A DNA stretch of 62,931 nucleotides, counting the filler, from Reticulomyxa filosa (lineage: Eukaryota > Protista > Foraminifera), in the NCBI GenBank assembly GCA_000512085.1. It is 21 parts of 21 records of this genome, joined end to end, with 100 filler letters (N's around TTAATTAATTAA, not from the genome) between each part and the next. Parts side by side here need not be neighbours in the genome. Positions count along the whole stretch, not along the records: positions 36,590 to 41,334 come from ASPP01021300.1; positions 41,435 to 44,369 come from ASPP01009474.1; positions 44,470 to 50,441 come from ASPP01007367.1; positions 50,542 to 57,179 come from ASPP01020509.1; 17 more parts are not named here. One strand, written 5' to 3'. The notes below the pieces were generated by a model. That model saw only the letters and a program-made list of their open reading frames with translations, was not told the DNA's origin and searched no databases. The translations under genes and the position numbers were made by a program. This document shows positions 39,996-52,396 of this stretch, in pieces (positions within the stretch are counted from its first letter, which is position 1; the number at the start of each line of letters is the position of its first letter).

Positions 39996-40473
39996 GGTGA
40001 CGAATACTTTGTTTTGATTGCACAAGTACCACCAACAAAAGCAAATGAAATAATATAATGCAATAAGAACCAAAAATCTCCTACACAAAGCACCTTTTAA
40101 AGCCTGTCTGCTTAACTTGTTTAATAGAAAGTTTAGTTGTCGTGCACACTCCAATCATTTTGATATATTAAGACAATATTTTAATTTTGTTGTTCTTATC
40201 CATAAACGATTTTGTTTTACAAACTCTTTTTTGGGATGGCTTTCACACGTGTCTAAAAAACCTAACTCATCATAAATTTGTTCTGATCAAAATGACTTTT
40301 TTCCACTGTGATTAGGATAAAACTGAAAATTTTTGACAAAATAATATTATGATCTTTTGTCATTTCCACGGCTACCTTGGCATGGTGGTAGTTTTGAGAT
40401 TGTGTAAGAGAAAAAACTTCTTAACGAAGAAAAAAGTAGGTAAACTTGAAACGACGTCTTGAAATATTGCAGG

Positions 40474-41226
40474 ATGCTGAACACCTTGTTATTGGTCGTA
40501 TATACTGTGTTATCCTTGGGCTATTGTGCGCGACTTGGAAGTAATACCAGACCCAATTTTATCATCATTCTAACTGATGACCAAGGAACGAAGGCTTTCT
40601 TTTGTCTTTGTGTGGTATTGATGTGCAATTTGTTTTTGAGCCTTCTGATGAAAGATAAACCTGGGACTATGCTGTAATTCTACACAAACAGACATGCTAT
40701 TTGATAGTTCGAGCTATATGCCGAATTTGCAATCAATGATAGTAAGCCAAGGCATGACCTTCAACAATGCATTTGTCGCGACACCAATTTGTTGCCCGTC
40801 ACGAACCGAACTAATAAGCGGCAAATACTTCCAAAACATCGAAGTAGCACAAGGCGGCTGTATGCATGTGAACAGTACCCGTGAGATATTTGGTAATGAA
40901 TCCCTGTTCCAAACCTTTTACAACGCCGGCTACAAGACAGGTCCGTTACTGTAATGAGACAAATTTAAAAAAATTGTCCGATATGCCGTCCAAGCAAAAA
41001 AATAAAAAAAATGGACAACATCTTAAAAACACAAACCCTAAAAAAAAAAAAAAGATTTTTTTTTTTTGATGTGCAATTATGTGTGTGTATGGGGGGGGGA
41101 TATGAATCACAAAGGAATGTTTGGAAAATTGACAAACGACATGGCAGATTTCTTTTGTAATGATGAACCTTCGGTGCAAGGCTTTACTCGAATCCATGCT
41201 CCTTGTAACTTTAACGATTTTTATGG
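40474..41226 (+). CDS. Secreted sulfatase, N-acetylglucosamine-6-sulfatase (GNS)-like, 3'-truncated
   Basis: Signal peptide, RPNFIIILTDDQ, GMTFNNAFVATPICCPSR (CxPxR formylglycine motif), GYKTG|MFGK. Confidence 0.9.
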
Positions 41227-41468
41227 TACGTATACATACAACACTTTTGACCATACATTTTTTTTTTAAAAAAAAAAAAAAAAAGAAAGAGATGGATAAT
41301 CCATTGAACTGTTTGAAGAAAAAAAAAAAAAAAANNNNNNNNNNNNNNNNNNNNNNNNNNNNNNNNNNNNNNNNNNNNTTAATTAATTAANNNNNNNNNN
41401 NNNNNNNNNNNNNNNNNNNNNNNNNNNNNNNNNNAAAAAAAGTAACCAAAAAATAAATAAATAAACAG

Positions 41469-42783
41469 TCAAGTGCTAAACTGACTTCCAATTCGTACAT
41501 ATTTATTGAATAAATGAAATGCAATGGACTTGCAATATAGCAATTGATGATCAGAGATTCTGTCTTCGGCATTGTATTCAGAGAGAAGCGGGATGGACTT
41601 TGTCAGCCTTGAACTTATGGTTTGTCTTACCTCTCGTCGTGTCCAAGAATCAATGTAAGCATTGATCTGACTCTCATTGTATACTAACACCGATTTGGGT
41701 AAGTTTGCAGGTAGTTGAATATTCTTGCGTTCCAATACAGTACGTAGCGAAGAATGCTTCGAAACTTGCGACTTCCCATCATTTGAACTTTTTGCTTTTG
41801 CCTCCTTATTTAATATCTGTTCCCTTACAAACTCTTGAAACTGCGTCATTTCAATTACTGATAATAACAACTCTATTTTTTTCCCCCCCCTATTGCTTCT
41901 TAAAAAAAAAAAAAAACAAAAAAAAAAACAGAGTACAAACCAAGACTAAATTCTTTGCTCAAATGTTGCATAAACACATCAATAGCAGCTGTGTCAGTAA
42001 GCAGTTTTTCTAATGAAATTTTTTCTTTGGTGGGATTCATTTCCTTGTCTGACTTGTCAAGCTGTGGCAAAGGGCCTCTAGACAACTCCACGGAGAAGAC
42101 CAGCCATGGATACCATAAGAATGTCTTTGCATTGTTTCTTTTGTCTTCAGCTTGTTTTGTTTGCAATAAGGATTGGTCATATGAGACGAAAAGACAAGAG
42201 AAAGAGAGAGAGAGAAAGAGAGAGAGGGAAGTTACACGACAACAGAAAAATCAAAGTCAATACTACCTTGCGATTGCTTGTATGTATGGACGTTTTCATA
42301 AATTGCCACCGACAACACCCACACATTGTGATACACAGCAAAGCACAAGATCGAGAACGTCATGATCCAACTCAGAGTGATGTAAAGAGTATACGAGTCG
42401 CTCGACACATGCAGCCAAGGCAGTCCATAATACAGCGACACCATTAAGCAAGCGATCGTGTCGATCAAAAGTAGCCCCTTTGACATATGTGCTATCTCTT
42501 TTTGGAGGAGGAAGAGGAGGAAGAGGAGGAAGGAACAACAACAAGACATAATCATACGTATACGTAAACACGTACAAAAAATAGTCTATTTGGATATGTA
42601 TACATACATATATATATATATATATATATTGTATATGTATATAAATATAAAAGACGAAGCATAATGCATACCTCGACGAAAATGGAATCCATCTTCAAAC
42701 ACAAGCATAATTTTATGTAATCGATACATCAATACCATTACGACAACAGTCAAAGCAACTGTTTTTTTTTTGGATTAAGTTTT

Positions 42784-42838
<55 letters not shown>

Positions 42839-43460
42839 CGAAACTGGCAAGAAAACTCACATAAGAAAGTGTGAGTATAAAAAAAAACCAAGAAGGTCGA
42901 TTTTGACTATACCAAACCCACAAGTTGAACACCAACAACAACAGGAAAGAGAGGATGGCCACTACGCCGACACGTGTCTTCATGTACTGATTATGACCCA
43001 GTGTCGACAGGTGCTGCACATAAAAGTTGTTCTTCACATTGTTGTCTCCAAAGTGCAACGGATCGATTGCTGCTTTCCACATGTTCTCAAACATGTAGTA
43101 GTTGTAACACATATGGTAATGTCCCAACCAACAACGGTATGCCCATGCCGAAATTATCAACATTGGCGTTGGATCCAAACTCAGCGACAAAAACTGCAAG
43201 ACTCGGCGCCACCAATCCTCTGTCCCTTTGTCTGAGTAGTTTTGCGGAAACCAATATGCACTTACTCGCAACGTTAGTCCCACCAAATAGATTTGCAACA
43301 AGTAACTACATATCACTGTCAAGTGGTCGTAACGCTTTTGAAACCATTTTGAACTGCGATACCGTTGAAACAATGATATAAAAATATACCCCAATATCTG
43401 TCCTGCTATCAATATTATGATAGTCAATATGCAAATCGTTAATGCCACCGATTCATTCAT
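41469..43460 (-). CDS. 7TM-RGS fusion protein (multi-exon, 3'-truncated)
   Basis: About seven hydrophobic helices with FQKRY after TM1, followed by the RGS-like SLEKLLTD..FMQHLSKEFSL|ELLLSVIEMTQF..AFHLFNKYVRIGSQF. Confidence 0.82.
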
Positions 43461-44516
43461 TAGTTTGCTTTTTTTTTTTTTTTTTTTGTCAATATTTTCT
43501 TTTTGCCCCTTGATTTTCGCTTGACAAAATGAAAAGAAACAAAAACGTGAGGGGTGTGTTTACAAATAAAACAAATTTTTAACATCTGCATGAGATTGTC
43601 AATACATTTTTTTTTTTTGAAACACAAATATATCACAAAAATCTCATTGTTGTTCGAAATATCATCAAATAGATTTAAAACAAATGTATTGATATACTTG
43701 TTAAATTTAACAATTCTAGCATATATCATTTATTTTTTAATAAAATATTTTAGTTCATCTTTTCCATCAAATGATGTCACATTGAGCAAACAAATCTTTT
43801 TTGTCGATAATGGCCACGATCGAATTTAGTTGATAGATGATAAATATACTCACATGATCCTTCACAGTTGGTAATGATTTGTTTATTTATTATTTATTTT
43901 GATGAAACACAATTAGATTTCTTGTGAAATTATTGACAAATAATAAACAGTCAAAAAATGAAATAAAATTAATTATTAAATATTGGACTCGAACTTTAAA
44001 GATAAAATTAGGATGGATCAATGATTTTGATAAGATTATTATGAAATACAGTAGATAAAATAAATTTTGAAGAAGCATAATTAAATATCTGTTAGATATG
44101 ATTTTGAATTTGGTTTTATTTCATAATCATATGAAATTTACCAATTTTTTTCTTAATTATTTCAAATTATATTTTTAAAAAATTAAATCAAAACAAATAG
44201 CAAATAACATATTGTCGGTCTTTGATTCATCTTTTTGTTTACTTTTCTTTTTTTTTGGGGTTGTCTTTCAAAAACGGAAATATGCTGACAAGTTAAAAAA
44301 AAGCTTTTACATAATATGAATTTACATATGATCAACTTTCTCAATTTAAGCCAAATAAACACGTTTTAANNNNNNNNNNNNNNNNNNNNNNNNNNNNNNN
44401 NNNNNNNNNNNNNTTAATTAATTAANNNNNNNNNNNNNNNNNNNNNNNNNNNNNNNNNNNNNNNNNNNNACACACACACACACACATGTGTAATAGATTT
44501 TCGCGTACATTTATAG

Positions 44517-47499
44517 TGTTGGAAAACGCAACTTTGATTCCGTGACAGTGCAATGGGAAGACGAGTATTTGTCTGCGTTGGCAAGACATTATGGATGGAG
44601 TGAGTTTGCAAACTACTCTGCGAAGCATGGATTGGACGACGCGCAGATCTTTGCGCAGGAAGAGCGACGCTTGATGCATGTACTATCCGAGGAGAAGCGC
44701 GAAAAAGAGGAAAAGCAAATGGACATGGACGAAGCAATAATACATCAAGACGTGTTGCAGTTCAGTGGGAACAAGGCTCGATCGTCTGCTCGAAATAGCG
44801 TGATCGAGCAAAAGAACAGTTTGCTTGAGGACAACAACAACAACAACAACACCAAACCTACAGAAAAAGACGGATGGGCTATCAATTCGGATATCAATGT
44901 GTTGGAGTTTATTTCCGAGAACATCCGCCAATCTGTGAGAGATGCATGTCTGCAGAGTTGGCTCCGCGAGAACGACGGAACGGACAACACCCCTACGGCC
45001 CGACAAGAGATGTTGGACCACTACCATAGAAGAGCGCTCAATCATATCAAGCAAGCGAAGCAAGGATTGAATATCATCACCGTCGTGCAAATGGAGCAAA
45101 CGAATCAACATTTATTGCATCGCTTAGGCTTGTATTCGTTCCATTCGAGTACATTTTGGGTCACATTTCTCCATTGCATGATCGCAGTGCATTTGCTCTT
45201 GGCCTTTTGGAAATCGTACGATCGAGACACGTTGCGGCAGGAGCATGGTTACAGCAAAGAAGTGTTGGTCACGGAGTGCTTATGTCTGATCGTGGAAATC
45301 TTGGACATTTGGATGACTGGACTAATTCAATTCCGTTGGCAAGATAGCGAAGCCAATCCGTTGATATCTCCGAACCAACAGAAACGCATTTTCTCCTTAC
45401 GTGTGCTCGTCACGGTGCTCATTTTTATCGATCTGTTGGTAGCGCAGACTGCGTATGTCGTATTATCCGGATATTTGGATGTGAGACCGTTGGTGCTAAT
45501 CTTAGCCAACGACACCTTGCTGGGTGCATTGTATGCCTTTGTCATGACCATGTACGAGGCCAGGGACGGTATGCTGTTGTATTTAATTGTTTGGAGTATT
45601 GCTGCAGTCGCCGGCACGTTGACGTTCCGATTCAACACGTTCTTAAATTATTCGAATATTCAGTCCTTTTTCAATTTCATTCGGTCCATGATGCAAAGCT
45701 TCGTGTTCATGATATCGGGAGAAAATTATGAGGCCATTGTATATACCGCCGTCGCCAAATGGCAAAGCTCCATCTTTTATTTCATTTTGGTCACCATTGC
45801 CGGGACGTTCATTGTCATTCCTTTGGTCGTCTCAAAGTTTCAAGAGGCATTTAGTACCATTTACAGCGACGAACGAGAGAGACACAAATTCTTCAAACGC
45901 ACCGGGTTTATTGCTGCATTTTGTCTGGTTAACTTGGATAATGATAATGTTGTTTCGAGGTCGGAGTTTGAATCTTTCATTAGCTATTTGAAACGAATCC
46001 CCGGCAAAGAGGCAAAGGAGTTGGTGCGAGGGTTGCAAGGGTTTGAAAACTTAGATGACGATGGCGATGATCAGATTGAAATCAATGAGTTTGTGCTTCA
46101 CTTGGAAGAAATCTATGACAAACCCACAATTACTGATATCATCGAAGATGACTCGCTCCGCACTTGGTTGCGCACTTCCGTCATCGAAAAGGAGTCTTTC
46201 AATCAGGCTGTGTTGGTAATCATTTTCACGGAGGTAATGTTGCTGATGATGTATGGAACTTATCCCGGCTCGTATTCTTTGAAAATGTTGGATGTTATGC
46301 TCGGCATTTGTGTGTTGCTGAATGGATTTGATGTGTTCATCAAATTGGTCGTCTATGGCTGGGACTATTACTGGAATATTAGTGAATGTCGTGTTATTCC
46401 TTTAATTCCGATCCCTGAACAACAAATGTCACAAAGCTTTGTCAATTCCAAACCACATAACAACCAGACTATCCCAGTAGTCCCTCCTTCCTTAGACGTT
46501 CCGATATTTTCTCAGCCAACCTCAATTCACTCCGGAGAAATCGCTGGGAATGGAGTGATGTATGGACCTCCTCGTGAAAATGATCCTTTGGAATTATTGC
46601 ACCGACAATTTGCTCATCGATTGGATTTCGGCATTGTTTGTGTCTCAGTAACATTGTTTATTGTCACCAGAGCTGCTTTTGGCTCTCATTTTTACTTTGA
46701 AAATCAACAGTTCTTTTGGGTTCGTTTACCTATGATCTTCCCATTATTTCGGATGTTTACGCTCATTCGCACTACTCGCGCTGCCGTATATACTGTATTC
46801 AAAGTCATCCCCAGATTTTCTAGTCTGTTTGTGCTCATGTTGTTGGTATTTTATTTCTATGCGGTATTTGGAACAGCATTGGTTGGTGGACAAATTGAAT
46901 ATCTAACATTAGGTCCCTCATCCTTTGTCTATTTTGGTTTTTCTACTGTGGCTCAGGCATGGCTGTCGTTGTTCCAAATGCTTGTCAGTGAGGGCTGGAA
47001 CAACATCATGGACGAAACCATTATCGCTACAAACAATTTTGCTTGGGCATTTTATTTTATGTCGTTTATGTTTATTGTAACCTTAATTTTCACTAATCTG
47101 TTCTTTGGATTAGTGTTAGCTGTCGTAGATGAGATTGAAAAAGAGCGAAAGCATGTAACAGACAATAGCGACGATCAAATCGATTCTGATAACGGTAGCA
47201 ATACTCAAGCCGATTCAAACGGGGACGATTTTAAAAATCCAAATAGCAACAAAAAATTGACCATAATGTTTCCCAAAATAAACCGTCAACATACCAATTT
47301 TCGCATTGAAGAACCTGAAAATGCATCAGCCGCAAATTCCTTCCGTCAAGCCTCTGTGAGAAATTTGCCTGGTGGAGGAAACGTTGAATCAACAACTTCT
47401 AACCGATCAGGAGGCAAGCGAACAGATTCTACTGCTGTCACAATCAAGAAATATCAAATGAAAAGACCTCACGCATCACAACGAAGACTTGGTGTCTGA
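44517..47499 (+). CDS. Two-pore channel (2 x 6TM) with EF-hand linker; 5' exon(s) missing
   Basis: Two 6TM modules with pore loops SGENY and VSEGW; EF-hand loops NLDNDNVVSRSE and DDDGDDQIEINE between them; S6 TNLFFGLV. Confidence 0.88.
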
Positions 47500-48001
47500 T
47501 TATTAAAAAAATGGATGAAAATGCTAAAGAAAAAAATTTGTTTTTTATTGAATAGGTTTTGGTGTTGTTTTTGTTTTTTGAATGCAGATGCAATAGGGGT
47601 CTGTTGAGTATGTTTGTTTTCGATAAATTCACGGACATTCATCTTTTCATGTACATTTGTGGACAATGTCATTTTCTGTCAGAAACTTTTTAAACAATTA
47701 AAAAATAACCTTTTTTATATGAAAGTACAACAAATGCAATTTTGAGATTTATATTTAAAGAAGGTCTTTTTTTAAAACTTCAAACCCGTGCAAATATACA
47801 ATGATGTATTTATGACAGAAGTTACTATATGTCCATTCATTTCTCTTCCCGTCATCATAATGAACTTTGCCCTTGGGCAAAACTCTTTCAATTGCAACAT
47901 GCCATTTTTTACAGAAAAACTTAAAAAAAAAAAAAGAAAGCAAGATTGACTCTTGGTACACTGGCTTTTAATTGTATTTAGTTTTGCCATTTTGGATCTT
48001 T

Positions 48002-50398
48002 TCACTCGCGCAACGAATTTTTAGTTTGTTTAGGTGCCGTATCTTGGACATACATATTGGCTACATGCTTTGAGTGTCTTCTTCGTCTTAATTTAGTGTA
48101 GCTAGACAGTTCATCTTTTTTTCTAATATCTTTATCGCTTCCTAACTCCTGGTGTCTTTCTTGCAAAAGTGCTAAGTTGTGATCGTACGATTTAGACAAC
48201 AACTGTTCAATATACTTGTTTGCTTGGGTATGCAATTGTTGTCTTTGTGCATGCAAAGTCTGTTCGTAAATGACGTCTCGCAGGAAACCATACGAAAATT
48301 CGTAGATGTGGCATTTCGAGTAATATTCTTCAGCTGGGTCGATATTTTCATCCGGTTTTAGACATGAATTTTGCATCTTGTTCTTAGTGGGCGAGCCCCC
48401 ATTTGCACTTTCGTGTCCGTCTTTGTCTTCTAGAATGTAAGCAAGTTTCATCTTCATGCAAATGCATATTTTTTTTCTCCCCTCTCTTCTCTCCAAAATG
48501 TATAAATAATAAAATCAACAAACCTTTCAAAGCCTTTTTGAATAAATCATGCCATTCATTCATGTCTTTTTTCTTTTCTGTTCTTAATACATAAAACTTC
48601 CTCGATGTTTGAATTTTCAAATGGAATTCATCTTCACGCTTCAATTGGATATCAATACCGGGGACAAACTTGATGCGATTAACAGGATATTGTTCTTTGT
48701 CAGTTTCTTTAAACCAGTACAATGTATGATGCTTGAAAACGAAAAAGCGTTCTTTTTCAGTGAAGTTGAACGCCGTTACCCCTCGCTTATACATCCGTCC
48801 CTTTTTGTAAGGGATATCTGCACTGGGATCTTGCAGCAAAGATATAATGGACGGCATTGGATCGTTGTTGTAGTCGTCGACCTCTGTGGACGAGTCCCGT
48901 CGATGATGCGACTTAAAAGTCTTTTTATTGTTTTTGCTGTCATCCACATCCGTCGCAGAAGTCGACGCCGCATTAGCGAGGGTGTTGCTATTGTGTCTGC
49001 TCGTTGGTCGTTTCGACAAGGTCGAAGCTGGAGTGAGAATAGCACTTTCGTCTTTGACATTGAGTTCATCGGCAGCACTATTTTTGTGCACAGGCGAATT
49101 TGTGCCCGAGTCCGTGGCATCAGGATGACTCATTTTGGTCAATGCAAAGGAAGACGAGCTCAAACTCCAACTCAATGACGTATCATGCGGATTGTGATTT
49201 TCTTTGATACTTAGATTTGGTAAGGATTTTGTAATGGGTAATTTTTCGCTTTCATTTCCATTTCCACTTCCATTTGTAATGATATTGATATTGATATTGA
49301 TATTGATACTGGCATTTGCACTTCCAGATTCTTTTTCGATTTCAGTTTCGTTTTCTGAGTCGAGCAGCTTATCTACCAATTCTTCTTCATGAGCGGTCGA
49401 ATCGGGTGCACGAATAGTGGTCGCATGTGCGAGACCGAGGTCGGTGCTGTCGACAAAGACGATAAAGCCCATATTCTTTAATTCGACCAGCGTTTTTCGC
49501 AACTGTCGTTTTTCTGCCATTTTTTCGACGGGATGGGTGCCTCGCAGCATTTCTTCTTCAAACTGTCGACTGCGATTTCCTTTAGCTTTACATATTACCG
49601 CTGCAGTTTTCATGCACATCAATAATTCTGTACTCACACAGTCCAATTGCGCCGCGGTCATACTTTGAATATACGAAGGAATGGGAAAGCGCACATCAAT
49701 GCCGACTTTCAGCTTCTCTTCGATTACTTCATTGAACGTCGCTATTCGATCGCTTTTGTCATTCTTGTTCACTAAGATTTGTATCCAAGGTTCTTTCGTA
49801 TCCGTTAATGTGCTTAAAAACTCGGCACTGTTGTTCGTTACGTCCACATCCGCACATGCATGCATGCAACATATCAATGGGGCCCACCAAAAAAAAATAT
49901 ATATACGTATACATATACATACCAAAAGCCAGGCCTTCCTCCACATTCGAAATGAATGGTGTCCACTAAGAACTTGGAACAATCTCTTACCTCCAATTCA
50001 GTAATGATCCACTCTTTCGTTTGGTGCCACGTCCATAGATGCGGCGAGATGTGGATGTGTGCAGAATTACGAACATCAATGTATTCAAGAATTCGTTTGG
50101 GAGGGGTGAAATGAGGGACGTAGCGGCGATTGTCCATGGGCATGCCGCCCAACAACAAGATGACGTTTTTGATCATTTTCTTTTGGATAACCAAAGCAAG
50201 TCGTCTCGTCATCTGCCAATCCCTGGTATCTAAGAATTGAATTTCGTCAATCACAATGGCCAGTGTTTTCTTGCGAGCGACCCACTCTAGCAAGCAAATC
50301 AGTAAGTCGTGTCGATATTGAGTTAGCGTCTCGCGACTTAACGTTGAGTCCACTGAGGCAACATCTTTCTTGAAGGGGATTTCCAGTTCAAGTCCCAT
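48002..50398 (-). CDS. Soluble adenylyl/guanylyl-cyclase-type STAND NTPase C-terminal region with inserted PH domain; 5'-truncated
   Basis: Walker B AIVIDEIQFLD; GGRPGF|CAEFL (GNP motif equivalent); IPSYIQSMTAAQLD..MKTAAVI; YEFSYGFLRDVIYE..RQQLH. PH domain YKKGRMYKRG..ERFFVFKHHTLYWFK..MNEWHDLF. Confidence 0.78.
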
Positions 50399-50577
50399 TT
50401 CTTTTTTTTTTTTTTTTTTTTTTTTATTTTTTTTTTTTTTTNNNNNNNNNNNNNNNNNNNNNNNNNNNNNNNNNNNNNNNNNNNNTTAATTAATTAANNN
50501 NNNNNNNNNNNNNNNNNNNNNNNNNNNNNNNNNNNNNNNNNAAATCTTGGCCCCGTTTTTTTTTTTTTTTTGACTAG

Positions 50578-52138
50578 GACATAAGCTGTCAATGGTCGAA
50601 GAAGAGCTGCAAACGTACAAAGAACGTGAGTTGAAGTCCCAAGTGAAGCAGATAAAGTTCAACGCTCGTCGAGCGCAAAAGAAGTTTGAGAAGGTGGCGA
50701 AGCTGGAAGAAAAGCTGGATGAGAAAAAAGAAGCGATGCAAGAGCTGTTGAATGAGACAGAGAAGCAGACGGATATGAGTGGCATCCGCAGTTTGTTTGA
50801 TCCACAGGCGTTTGCGGAGAAGCTATTCAACCATCTGAAGAAATCTAAAGACATGCTCGATGTGAGACTGCTGATGATCAACTTGCTGTCCAGAGTGATC
50901 GCCGCTCATCAGCTCGTGTTGTTCCCGTTCTATTCTTTCATGGTCAAGTTCCTGAAAGCTTACCAACGCAGCGTCACTCAATTGATCGCCTACACTGCTC
51001 AAGGCGTCCATCGACTGATCCCGCCGGAAATCATTGAACCGGTCATCAAACATATCGCCGAAGAGTTTGTCGGACAACACAGCTGCCGGAGGTCATCGCC
51101 GTAGGGATCAACGCCATTCGATGGATTTGTAGTCGACAGCCGCTGGCCATGAATGAGGATCTGTTGCACGACTTGGCCATGTACGTCAAATATCGTCGCG
51201 ACACCGGGGTGCAAATGGCCGCACGTGGGCTCATTCATCTGTATCGTGTGGAAAACCCCCATTTGCTCGTCAAAAAAGATCGCGGCAAGTTCCATTCCAA
51301 AGAGACGCCAAAGAACTTTGCTGAAATGAGTGTCAATCAAGATCTTGTCGGCGCCGATCTTTTCCTTGCCGAAGAGGAGTTGTTAGAGCAGAGTCGTAAT
51401 CAAGGTCATGATCATCATAATCACGATAGTAATGATGATGATGACGATGATGATGGTAATGATGGTGATGATGATGGTGATAACGATGGAGAGGATCACC
51501 CTTCTCATAATAAAGCTAATGGAGATACCATCACTACAGAATCGCAACAAAACACAACGGAGCCTCCAAAGGGAGACAATAACAGTTTTGTTTGTGTTTG
51601 ATGATATCTAAAAGACTACATTCCAAAGTCTTTATTTATTTATATATGTACAGATGTTGAAATGAAAGAAGAGGGACAAACGAAGCAATCCCTCCCATTA
51701 ATGGCCAGACGAATATTGTCAGACGAAGACTTCCGTCGATTACGAGAATTACGTGTGAAAAATTTAATGAAAATGTGGAATCGAAAAAAAGAAGAAGTTG
51801 CATTGAAAGAAGAGCAGGAAAGTGATAACGAAATTGAACCAAGCAACATCGAAAGTCTTACTACCATCCTTCGCCAGCAAAAAGAGCAAAGAGCAATAAG
51901 TGCAAAAAATCATCAGCTCGGCAAAAAGAAGCTCAAGTGGCATGAGTACGCTAAACAAAAGGGCGGAGGCACTACCAACCTTGAAAAGAAAAGAATGAAA
52001 GCCTTTCACATGAGCAAATATGCCACTACTGTTTTGGGCAAGCAAAAGCGCTCTTTTGTTGGCAAAAAAAGAAGTGTACTCAAATACAGACAAGATATCA
52101 AAGCACAAGGCAAGCGTTGCAAAAGAAGACGAAAGTAA
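50578..52138 (+). CDS. SDA1: SDA1 (60S biogenesis factor), 5'-truncated; single-base frameshift near 51087
   Basis: [74 protein letters not shown]. Confidence 0.93.
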
Positions 52139-52396
52139 ACTTATTTCTATTGTCAGCGTATATAATGTGTTCGTCCTTTTTTTTTTTTCTCGTTGCTTGT
52201 TCCTTGCTTCTTCGAAACATCTTTTTAGTCGTTTTTTGTATGAATTAATTGTTATTAAAAAAAACAAACAACTAAAATACTGTTAACACTAAAGTAAATG
52301 AAAATCCATCGTTCCAAACTCAATGTATATTTTCTCTTTTCTGACCTTCCAAAAACAAAAAGAGGGTCCGTAGACAAAAATTACAAGTAAGCCATT

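Noticed and set aside
51080-51095. Programmed ribosomal frameshifting in SDA1 (also UBX near 12501, 7TM near 22412, and near 16968)
   Set aside because: Each is a one-base indel in or beside a short homopolymer with no shared slippery motif; most consistent with sequencing error, though raw reads should confirm
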